Shown: positions 47,679 to 56,013 of the stretch, one piece after another
How positions within the stretch are numbered: position 1 is the first letter of the stretch
How the letters are laid out: every line of letters begins with the position of its first letter
Origin: Acidobacteriota bacterium
GTDB taxonomy: Bacteria > Acidobacteriota > UBA6911 > RPQK01 > JAJDTT01
NCBI GenBank assembly: GCA_965209055.1
Contig: OZ242374.1
Span: forward strand, 5,344,001 to 5,408,000
DNA length: 64,000 bases
Direction: 5' to 3'
Translations under genes and position numbers: made by a program
Notes under the pieces: generated by a model
Seen by the model: the letters and a program-made list of their open reading frames with translations, nothing else
Told to the model about the DNA's origin: nothing
The model's database searches: none

Positions 47679-48713
47679 ATGAGTAAAGAATCAACGGCGG
47701 CGGACCACTCCGAGGTCTCCAGGCCAGCGTGCGATTCAGCTGCCCAAAAGGGAGCTTTGTGGCTGAAGGCTCAAATGCGGGAAGACGGCTCGCTACGTCA
47801 CGCTTCAAGCCTGAGTGACTACTACAAAGTCTGCTACGGTCTTGCGGTGACAGGTCACAATGCTGCCACGGAACGAATGCTCGACTACTTCGCCAGCAGA
47901 TTTCTAAAAGAAAATGGCGACCTGGACGGAACCGGCTGCCCATGGTTCGAAGATTTTCGCATTTACGCCCATGGTTGGATCATTGTGGCGGCCATGGCAA
48001 GAGGTCGGTTCGATGTCGCCTATCCAATCCTGAGATTCCTCTCCACTTTCCACGATAGCCGCAGTGGCGGATTCTTTACGACCGCTGAAGGACGAGAACA
48101 AGGAGAGGGCTCTCAAGAGATCATGACGACAGCCATGGCCGGGATTGCGTGCGTATGGGGAGGCCGATTGGACTTGGCGCGGGCAACCGGGAGCTGGATG
48201 AGAAACCTCTACGACGAGCAACCTGACCTGTCGAGACGACTCTGTTTCGTCTGGCACTCTCGTGACGGACTCGTCGCAGACTTTCCGGAAGATCGAGCGA
48301 AAGAGTATTGCGTATCCACGGCGGAGGTGAGTCAACGTTATTACCAGTACGGTATTGCCGCTGCGTTTCTAACCTCCTTGCATACCGCCACCGGTGAGCA
48401 GCAATGGTTGAAACTGGCTCAACAATTCCTGGAGGCGACCCGATATTGCGCCGAGGACGTTTATCGTCAGCCTCAGAGCGGGAAAATTGGGTGGGGGGCG
48501 GCCTGGACGTATCGGTTGACGAGAGATCCCAGGGATCGTGGTATTGCGGAGGCTGTGCAGGAAGGATTACTGGCCCTGCAAAGCGAGACGGGTTGGTGGA
48601 GCGTCCTGAATGCCTACGACTACGAAATGACGAAGAGCCCTGAACCTTCTGCCGATATCACAGGCGAGTTCGTGGCTCATCTGGGAAATATGGAACTGGC
48701 CTTGCAAACGTAG
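47679..48713 (+). CDS. Hypothetical (alpha/alpha)-barrel protein
   Basis: GGAGG RBS; prenyltransferase/terpene-cyclase-like repeats (WLKAQMREDGS, FLKENGD, LLALQSETGWW). Confidence 0.65.
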   Translation: MSKESTAADHSEVSRPACDSAAQKGALWLKAQMREDGSLRHASSLSDYYKVCYGLAVTGHNAATERMLDYFASRFLKENGDLDGTGCPWFEDFRIYAHGWIIVAAMARGRFDVAYPILRFLSTFHDSRSGGFFTTAEGREQGEGSQEIMTTAMAGIACVWGGRLDLARATGSWMRNLYDEQPDLSRRLCFVWHSRDGLVADFPEDRAKEYCVSTAEVSQRYYQYGIAAAFLTSLHTATGEQQWLKLAQQFLEATRYCAEDVYRQPQSGKIGWGAAWTYRLTRDPRDRGIAEAVQEGLLALQSETGWWSVLNAYDYEMTKSPEPSADITGEFVAHLGNMELALQT

Positions 48714-48789
48714 TCGCGGGCCACACTGCCGGCCACCGAAAATCTTCTCATCTCTACACCCGTGATATTCGTCTGAGCCAAATCTCGGC

Positions 48790-50955
48790 TCACCGCAGGG
48801 GATTGCCACTGCCTGCCTTGACCTCGCTCGCCGAGACCGGAGAAGCTTCTTGCGGCGAGCGGGTACGATCTCTTGCAGGAGTCAGCTGTTGGAGGATCTC
48901 AAGCCGCCGGAACGACAATTCCAGTCTTCCGGCATCCCGATAGGCCAGGGCCAACTGGTAGTGGGCGGATTCGGACAACGGGTCCAGTTCGAGCGCACGG
49001 CGGAAGGCTTGGATTGCCTCTTCGAAGCGTTCTTGAGCCCGATAGACTCGTCCGCGCAATAGATAGATATCCGGGTCGCTCGCCCGAATTTGCTCCGCTT
49101 CGTCCAGCTCTGCCAGCACCTGAAAGAAGTAAGGCTTTCCCTTACGGAAGAGGAAGCCGGCCAACGCCGTCGAGACCATCACATCCGGGGGTGGACGCTC
49201 ATTCCTGGTTTGGAGGACTTGAATGGCCTCATCCACTTGTCCCATGGATTCGTAGGCCTGAGCCAGAGGCATATAGGCCTCCACCTGAGCAGCGTTCCGC
49301 GCGATCAACTGGCGGAGAATAGCCGTAGCCCGTTCATATTCACCCGCAGCACTATAAGTGCGTCCGAGGTGCAACTCGAGATCCGTCGAATCGGGTATTG
49401 TCTTGCACCCTCGCTCCAGAACCTCAATGGCCTCTGTGAACTCCTGTCCCTCCCGAAATAATTCAGCCAGAACCAGATAGTTCCTTCCGATCCCAGGAGC
49501 CAGTCTCACCCCCAACTGGAGATGTTCGATTGCCTTTTGCTTCTGCTTGGTGTTGAGATAGCTGATCCCAGCCACAGTGGCTGCAGCCCCCTTCAGATCT
49601 GGCCTCACCGCTTCATTCTTCAGGATCTCAAGGGCATGGCGAAGGGCGTCCGAGTAAGCTCCGCCCTGGCTTTGCAAAATCGCCATATTCAGTTTGGCTT
49701 CCGGAGCGGAATGAATCTCGGTTTCTCCCCTTAAGAACTGGCCTAAGGCCAGATCCTGCTCCTGCTGCTCATATAGAAACTGCCCTAGTTCCAGGTGGAT
49801 CGCCTTTCGAGGGAGGTTCAGACGGGAAAGGCGACGAAGGTAGTGGCGGGCTTTTCCCTTATCGCCACCCAGGACGCTCAGCTTGACCAAGTCCGAGAGA
49901 AACAGCGGGTGGTCCGGGCTCAGGGCCAACAGCCGGCTCATAAACTGCTGAGCTGTCGAGGACTCGACCCCTTCAACCAGAGCCGACACCACCCGATCAT
50001 GGACTTCGGGCGAGCCAGCGCCGGCCATCAATACCTTCTTTAGCACGGCCAGCCCATCCCGAGTGCGGCCGAGCCCCAGACGAACCGAGCCCAGGAGGAG
50101 ATGGTTTTCCAAATTTTCAGCTTCCTGCGCGAGGGCTTTCTGGATTTCCCGCTCCGCAGCCGCATAGTCTTTCCGGCCCAGATTGACACGCGTCAGCAGG
50201 CGATGAAAATCAGGATGACCCGAGAGTTGAGGGCGCAGCGCAATCAGCAGGTCTCCTGTCTCCTGAAATTTGTCCAGTTGTAGCCAAGCTTCCCCCAGCA
50301 CCAGCGCGTAAGCCGGCTGCGAGGAATCGAGCTGGTGAGCCCTCCACAATCTGTCCGCGGCCTCTTCGTAAAAACCCGCACCCAGCAAGACCGATCCCAG
50401 ACGACCCAGAATCGGCGCATGGTCTTGATATTGACGCGAAATCCTCTCGACCTTTTCGAAACCCTGCAGAATCTTCTGTTCATCCAGATCGATCTGCAGT
50501 TCCAGCAAGTCCAGTCGAAGATCGCTGGAAACCAGACCTCTGCCGCGCGAAATGGTTTGCCGGGCCACTCGAAACTCCTGCAGCGAGGCTTCGATCTGTG
50601 CCCGTGCCACCAGGATGTCGATCGTCGATGGGGACAAGGTCTCGGCCGTCTTCAGGCACGTGTAAGCTTCTGCAAAACGACCCGCAGCCGCGAGAGTGAT
50701 GCCGAGACGGAACTGGGCATCCGCACTGTCAGGCCTCAGACGGGTTGCCTCTTGAAACTGATCCGCTGCCTCACGGAGACGGTTCTGATTGAATGCTGAC
50801 TGCCCCTCCTGCATCACAGAGACAAATCGATCGTCACTTTGTCCCGAGTGCGATCCTGCTTGAGGGAAACCGCTCGATCCCACAGGGGCGGACAGGCCTC
50901 GACCCCCGATCAGAACCCCCAGCAAAATAAACAGGAGTGCCCTTCTTGCAGCCAT
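48790..50955 (-). CDS. Large secreted TPR protein
   Basis: Signal RRALLFILLGVLIGG; many TPRs (AQFRLG, IYLLRG, AHYQLA). Start ATG 50955 or 50997. Confidence 0.85.
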   Translation of the reverse strand: MAARRALLFILLGVLIGGRGLSAPVGSSGFPQAGSHSGQSDDRFVSVMQEGQSAFNQNRLREAADQFQEATRLRPDSADAQFRLGITLAAAGRFAEAYTCLKTAETLSPSTIDILVARAQIEASLQEFRVARQTISRGRGLVSSDLRLDLLELQIDLDEQKILQGFEKVERISRQYQDHAPILGRLGSVLLGAGFYEEAADRLWRAHQLDSSQPAYALVLGEAWLQLDKFQETGDLLIALRPQLSGHPDFHRLLTRVNLGRKDYAAAEREIQKALAQEAENLENHLLLGSVRLGLGRTRDGLAVLKKVLMAGAGSPEVHDRVVSALVEGVESSTAQQFMSRLLALSPDHPLFLSDLVKLSVLGGDKGKARHYLRRLSRLNLPRKAIHLELGQFLYEQQEQDLALGQFLRGETEIHSAPEAKLNMAILQSQGGAYSDALRHALEILKNEAVRPDLKGAAATVAGISYLNTKQKQKAIEHLQLGVRLAPGIGRNYLVLAELFREGQEFTEAIEVLERGCKTIPDSTDLELHLGRTYSAAGEYERATAILRQLIARNAAQVEAYMPLAQAYESMGQVDEAIQVLQTRNERPPPDVMVSTALAGFLFRKGKPYFFQVLAELDEAEQIRASDPDIYLLRGRVYRAQERFEEAIQAFRRALELDPLSESAHYQLALAYRDAGRLELSFRRLEILQQLTPARDRTRSPQEASPVSASEVKAGSGNPLR

Positions 50956-50981
50956 ATTCAACCGCTCGCAGCTCAATCGAT

Positions 50982-52109
50982 TTAAACCACCGTACATTTC
51001 ACCGGGAAACAGCTGTTCAGCTCGTAGCCGTCCCGGCGATTGGGGTCACGGGTGAGAGGTTGGTGATTTCCCGCTCGGTCCCATGCCCGGCTGAGGAGCA
51101 CGTGTTGGCCGCTGCCGGCTTCCCATGCACAGCGCCACCGCACCCACGTGAAGGGGAGAGGCTTCGACTCGAGCTCGGTCGGATTCCAAGTGCGGCCTCC
51201 ATCGAAGCTGACTTCGACTCCTTCGACCTCGCTGGCTCCCGACCAGGCAAATCCCCACACCGTATGGCGGCCCGGAGGCCAACGGCTTTCGTGGACTGGA
51301 ACGGCGATCCTCGACTTGATGAGAAGACTGGACACCCGGGACGTTATCACTCCTCCCTCAGCAGTTCCCACCTCTCTCAGGTAAAGCCGGTCCATTCCAC
51401 TCGAGTAGAAGGCGTCCGGACGATCCTCCTCTTTGAGGATCACAATGCGGCTCAACCATTTGACCGAATCGGTAGCATAGTGTCCGGGAACCAGGGCGCG
51501 TGCGGGAAATCCGTGTTCTGACGGAAGAAATCGGCCGTTCATTTTGAATGCCACCAGGGTCTCAGGAGCCATACACTTTCTGAGAGGGACGATCCGGGTA
51601 AAAGGATAGCTCGGAAGCGACGGCCCCAGACTTCCGGAATCAGCTCCTTGGAGCAGGACCCTAGAGGCCCCTTCCCTAACACCCGCTCTACGCAGCAGGG
51701 CGGACACCATCACTCCTTCCCACAGAGCGTTGCTGGCGGCAAGGTTGTCGCCTCCGAGGTCGAACCCGGCACACTCCAGAACCGCCTCCAACCGTGTGAT
51801 CTCGGCCTCGAGCAAATCACTCATCTGAATCTCAAATGGACGGGCGACATGGCCTTCGACCCGAAGCCTCCAGCTCTGCAACGACAGATTCGGCTCCGGG
51901 AAATGGCTGCGAACAAAAAAGAGATCGTTGGGAGTCAGCCTCCCTTCGACTGCCCGAAGGGTCGTGGACCCCAATATTGGCTGCCCGCGCAGGGATCGAG
52001 TCCACGGGGCCATCACCAAGCCAGACAGGATGGTGAACCAAGTCCGGCGGGGCAACGCTTCTGAAATCGGTCGCGATTCCAGTTGACTCAAATTCCTACG
52101 CTTCGTCAT
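50982..52109 (-). CDS. Sulfite oxidase family molybdopterin oxidoreductase
   Basis: Tat-like PRRTWF; LTPNDLFFVRSH, ECAG (Mo-Cys), HGFPARALVPG, SVKWLSRI, Mo-co dimerisation domain VEVSFDGGRTW. Confidence 0.9.
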   Translation of the reverse strand: MTKRRNLSQLESRPISEALPRRTWFTILSGLVMAPWTRSLRGQPILGSTTLRAVEGRLTPNDLFFVRSHFPEPNLSLQSWRLRVEGHVARPFEIQMSDLLEAEITRLEAVLECAGFDLGGDNLAASNALWEGVMVSALLRRAGVREGASRVLLQGADSGSLGPSLPSYPFTRIVPLRKCMAPETLVAFKMNGRFLPSEHGFPARALVPGHYATDSVKWLSRIVILKEEDRPDAFYSSGMDRLYLREVGTAEGGVITSRVSSLLIKSRIAVPVHESRWPPGRHTVWGFAWSGASEVEGVEVSFDGGRTWNPTELESKPLPFTWVRWRCAWEAGSGQHVLLSRAWDRAGNHQPLTRDPNRRDGYELNSCFPVKCTVV

Positions 52110-52244
52110 CGGCCGCTCTGACGCGCCTCCTGTCTTCTGAGAACCGTCCTTCCGAATTAGCAGAACATGGAGAAGTAATTCCAACGATAGCAAAAACTTC
52201 TCCCGGGGACGTACCGGCTCTGCTGTAACATGGAGATGTGGCTT

Positions 52245-52356
52245 ATCATCGCGCCTTCGTCGACGAAGAACCGGGATCATGGACGGGATCCGGAGATGCT
52301 CCAGACGAAGAAGGGAAAACAGTGGAATTTCAGGAGGAAGGCGCTACTCGATGCTG
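52245..52356 (+). mobile_element. IS5-family transposase remnant
   Basis: IIAPSSTKNRDHGRDPEMLQTKKGKQWNFRRKA matches the IS5 motif II(A)APSSTKN...[21 protein letters not shown]; the rest of the gene is absent. Confidence 0.85.
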
Positions 52357-52548
52357 CGCGGAACTCTCACCACGGACTTTTCGACTGCGGCGCCTTCAGC
52401 CTGACTCTGGGTTTTGAGGTCTTGCGGGGAACGCCCACCAAAGCGTCCCGATTCCAGCCCAAGAATCGGACTTCCCGCATTGGTCCTGGCTCGTGTGGTA
52501 AGAGCGCTAAGGGGTTGCGACTTGCATCGTAGTTTCAGTATCGTGGAG

Positions 52549-52565
52549 AATATATAATTTATATT
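52549..52565. promoter_or_regulatory. AT-rich palindrome (putative operator) upstream of the FAD oxidoreductase
   Basis: AATATATAATTTATATT containing ATATAA-T-TTATAT, just before the GGAG RBS. Confidence 0.55.
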
Positions 52566-52581
52566 TTGGAGACGAAGCGGC

Positions 52582-53763
52582 ATGGGGACGAGTAGAACAA
52601 CCGATATCATCATCATTGGTGCTGGCGTGTATGGTTGCAGTGTCGCATACAATCTGGCCAAGAACGGCGCTAGGAATGTGGTGCTCCTTGAACGTAAGGC
52701 GATTTGCTCGGGAGGCACGGGGAAATCTTGCGCCGCCTCGCGCACCCACTATTCGATCCAGACAAACCTCATCCATGCCGTCGAAAGCTTGAAGATATTC
52801 GAGGATTTCCCCGAGATCGTTGGCGGCGATGCCGGTTTTCGCCGTACGGGCTACTTGATCCTTGGCCCAGAGGGATACGGCGAACCGATGCAGGCCGTGT
52901 TTCGCAGACAAAATGAATATGGTATCGACACCCAGACAGTCTCGCGTGATGAAGCCGCGCGGATCCACCCTCTGCTCTATCTCGACGATGTTGACGTCAT
53001 CGGCTACGACACACGTGGCGGTTACTGCGATCCCTACTTGACCACGACGTCTTACGCTCGGCGCGCTCAAGAGCTAGGGGTGACCATACAGACCAATACT
53101 CCGGTGACCGGCATCCGCCTTAATGGGGAAGTAAAGACCGTCCAGACTCCCCGCGGCGACTTCGAATGCTCGATAGTAGTTCTGGCCGCTGGTCCGTGGA
53201 CCCAGGTGCTCGGGCAAATGATCGGTGTCGAGTTTCCTTATGTCGTTAGCCGGCACAAAGTCATCACGCTAAAAAGCGATCAACCCTACCAATACGACTG
53301 GCCCATTGTGAAAGACCTGACGACGCCTGACAAAATATATCTTCGATCGGACAGCGGAGGAACGGTGCTCATCGGCACGGGTGACCACGGTGACCCGATT
53401 GACGATCCGGATTCCCTAACCGACCATGTCGATCAAGCGCACATCGCCCGCATCGACGCCTTGATTTCCAAACGGATGCCTGAGTTTTTCGCCAAGGCAG
53501 AATGCACGGCAACCTGGACCGGCCCTTACGATATTACCCCCGATTGGAACCCGCTGGTGGGCCCGGTACCGGGCCTGGAGGATATTTACGTTGCCGTTGG
53601 GTTCAGTGGCCACGGCTTCAAGCTGGCCCCGACGATTGGCGAAGCTTTGGCTCAGAGCGTGCTTGGCCTGGAACCTCGAGTGCCCATCAGCGAGTACTCC
53701 ATGACACGCTTGAGCCAGGGAGAAGCGCTACACGGCGCATACGGGATTGGCTCAATTTCGTAG
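52582..53763 (+). CDS. FAD-dependent oxidoreductase (DAO / sarcosine oxidase beta-like)
   Basis: IIIGAGVYG, GGTGKS, AAGPW, YDITPDWNP, GFSGHGFKLAP. Confidence 0.92.
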   Translation: MGTSRTTDIIIIGAGVYGCSVAYNLAKNGARNVVLLERKAICSGGTGKSCAASRTHYSIQTNLIHAVESLKIFEDFPEIVGGDAGFRRTGYLILGPEGYGEPMQAVFRRQNEYGIDTQTVSRDEAARIHPLLYLDDVDVIGYDTRGGYCDPYLTTTSYARRAQELGVTIQTNTPVTGIRLNGEVKTVQTPRGDFECSIVVLAAGPWTQVLGQMIGVEFPYVVSRHKVITLKSDQPYQYDWPIVKDLTTPDKIYLRSDSGGTVLIGTGDHGDPIDDPDSLTDHVDQAHIARIDALISKRMPEFFAKAECTATWTGPYDITPDWNPLVGPVPGLEDIYVAVGFSGHGFKLAPTIGEALAQSVLGLEPRVPISEYSMTRLSQGEALHGAYGIGSIS

Positions 53764-53780
53764 TGACGTGGCATCGTCTG

Positions 53781-55469
53781 TTAGCGTAAAGTTCCCGGTT
53801 TGGTCGCGGTGCTTCCTTCTTCCAGAAAAATCAGTTGCCGGGGTTGGACGTTGTAAAGAGAATCGCGGACTCCGCTGGGCCAGGAAACAGTTACTTCCAG
53901 AGGGCCCTCATACTCGCCCAGGCCAAAATGCGCCCGATAGTCACTGGCCGCAAGATAGCTTCCGGAGGACGTGACCTGAGCTGACAAGCGTTTCGGACCG
54001 GCTTGGAGCTCCACAAGAGCTCCGAATCCGTTTCGGTTGGATTGCTTGCCGATCAGTCTCAATTGCAACCAGGGATTTCGGTTGCCCCCCTCATTGCGAA
54101 GCAGTTGCGGGCTTCCACCACAATTGCTGACCAGTACATCGAGGTCTCCATCATTGTCGTAGTCCGCCCATGCCAGACCGCGGCTGACCTGAGGAGCCTT
54201 CAACGCCTTACCCCGTATGGAAGTCACGTCCTGGAAACGAGCGGCCACGTTCTCCAGGAGGACTTTCGGCTGCCGATACATTGCTCCGGTCCGGACCTTC
54301 TCGGCGTTGTCCAGGACGTGGCCGTTGGCGACCAAGAGATCCAAGTCGGCATCGTTGTCCACGTCCACCATGGCCAAGCCGAACCCTACATATGGCCGGG
54401 TGGGAATCTGAACTCCGGTCCGGGAACTCATGTCCTCGAAGTAACCGTCCCCGCGGTTTCTATATAGCGCCAGATATTCCCGATCGAAATTGGTCACCCC
54501 AATGTCGAGGAATCCGTCACCGTTGTAGTCGGCGGCCACGGTTCCCATGCCCGCCTGCTGTTCGCCATTCTCCCCACGAGCCGTGCCCGACAACAATCCT
54601 ATCTCGGAGAAGGTTCCGTCGCCCTCGTTCTTGAAAAGAAAATTGTCAACACTATCGTTGGCTACGTAAACGTCAACCAAGCCGTCCCGATTGTAGTCAA
54701 CCGGAGCCACGCCCAAACCCTTGCCGCTTGGCAGGGCGATGCCGGCCTCTTGACTGACGTCGGAAAAGGCCCCCTTGCCGTCATTTCGGTACAAGACATC
54801 GGAGACGCCGTTGTAAGGTGATTTGCAGTAGGAAACGAGGGATGCATAACGGCAGATCTCATAGTTCTCAAACGAATGATCAAGGTAGCTGGCCACATAA
54901 ATGTCCAAGTCACCGTCATTGTCATAGTCAAGGAACGCGGCACTGGTACTCCAACGGCCATCGCCTCCGACCCCCGCCGCCTGTGTCACATTTCCAAAGG
55001 TTCCGTTCCCATGGTTGCGATAAAGGAGATCCGGCCCGCCAAAATGGGTTAGAAAAAGATCGTCAAAGCCATCGTTGTCGTAATCTCCTACGGCGACCCC
55101 CATTCCATAAAATTGATTCGCCTCAATTCCTGAAGCAGTTACCCGCTGGAAGGTCCCGTCTCCGTGGTTCCGATACAGGACGTGATCGAAGGAGAGACTC
55201 TGGTCAGACCCAGGAGTCCAGCCGCCGTTGACAAGAATAATGTCCAAGTGGCCATCGGCATCGAAATCCAGAAAGCCGCAGCCCGATCCCATGGTTTCGA
55301 CGACGTATTTGTTGGGCGATGGTGAATTTCGGTGGATGAAACTGATCCCGGCGTTTGCGGTCACGTCCAAAAATTTGATGGAGGAATCGGTGGACTGCGA
55401 CAGACCCAATACTCCGGAGGAACCTAGAGCGAGAATGAACGCGCCTACAGCCAACACATGCTGCTTCAT
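53781..55469 (-). CDS. CRTAC1-family protein (FG-GAP + ASPIC/UnbV)
   Basis: ETMGSGCGFLDFDADG, DYDNDG repeats, SNRNGFGA..SSGSYLAASDYRAHFGLG. Confidence 0.9.
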   Translation of the reverse strand: MKQHVLAVGAFILALGSSGVLGLSQSTDSSIKFLDVTANAGISFIHRNSPSPNKYVVETMGSGCGFLDFDADGHLDIILVNGGWTPGSDQSLSFDHVLYRNHGDGTFQRVTASGIEANQFYGMGVAVGDYDNDGFDDLFLTHFGGPDLLYRNHGNGTFGNVTQAAGVGGDGRWSTSAAFLDYDNDGDLDIYVASYLDHSFENYEICRYASLVSYCKSPYNGVSDVLYRNDGKGAFSDVSQEAGIALPSGKGLGVAPVDYNRDGLVDVYVANDSVDNFLFKNEGDGTFSEIGLLSGTARGENGEQQAGMGTVAADYNGDGFLDIGVTNFDREYLALYRNRGDGYFEDMSSRTGVQIPTRPYVGFGLAMVDVDNDADLDLLVANGHVLDNAEKVRTGAMYRQPKVLLENVAARFQDVTSIRGKALKAPQVSRGLAWADYDNDGDLDVLVSNCGGSPQLLRNEGGNRNPWLQLRLIGKQSNRNGFGALVELQAGPKRLSAQVTSSGSYLAASDYRAHFGLGEYEGPLEVTVSWPSGVRDSLYNVQPRQLIFLEEGSTATKPGTLR

Positions 55470-56013
55470 CTATTCCGTATGCCTTACGGAGCGAAATTAC
55501 GCCCGCACCTAAACAAGCCAACCATGGGGGCCATCAATTTGTTGCTCGTCGAACATGGGATTCCCCCCACAGAAAGGAAATCTTCCGACCTACAGAGTCT
55601 CTCGTCAGCTGTCCGGCGACAGCAACGGTACCTTCTGGAGGCAACCTCTTAGATCGATCACGACATCGGATCGACCGTTCACAGGACCCTATTGTTCATA
55701 ATGCATGGACACCTCTTGGAGCAACTGGTAGTTACCACCTGCAGCGGAAACACGACGGACACAATATTGATCCCAGGCTCCATCGATAGGTTCAAGCCGG
55801 ATCCCGAGTCCTTTAGAAATTGTGGTCTGCTCCATTGATTTGTCGGAAACAGCGATCAATCAGACACAGCGGGGCTACTCATAGGCCGGCATTCGCCAAA
55901 TCCCAGAGGGAATGATCTCTGTTATCCGGAGGCGGCGGGGGGCGTTCGATATCTGGCGAGTCCGCTCACTTGCCGTCTCCCCGCGAACGCTTTTCTGGGT
56001 TATACTTCTCGCA

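Noticed and set aside
55689-55835. 48-aa minus-strand ORF MEQTTISKGLGIRLEPIDGAWDQYCVRR... in the gap between CRTAC1 and GWxTD
   Set aside because: No RBS and no recognisable motif; may be a remnant but cannot be supported.
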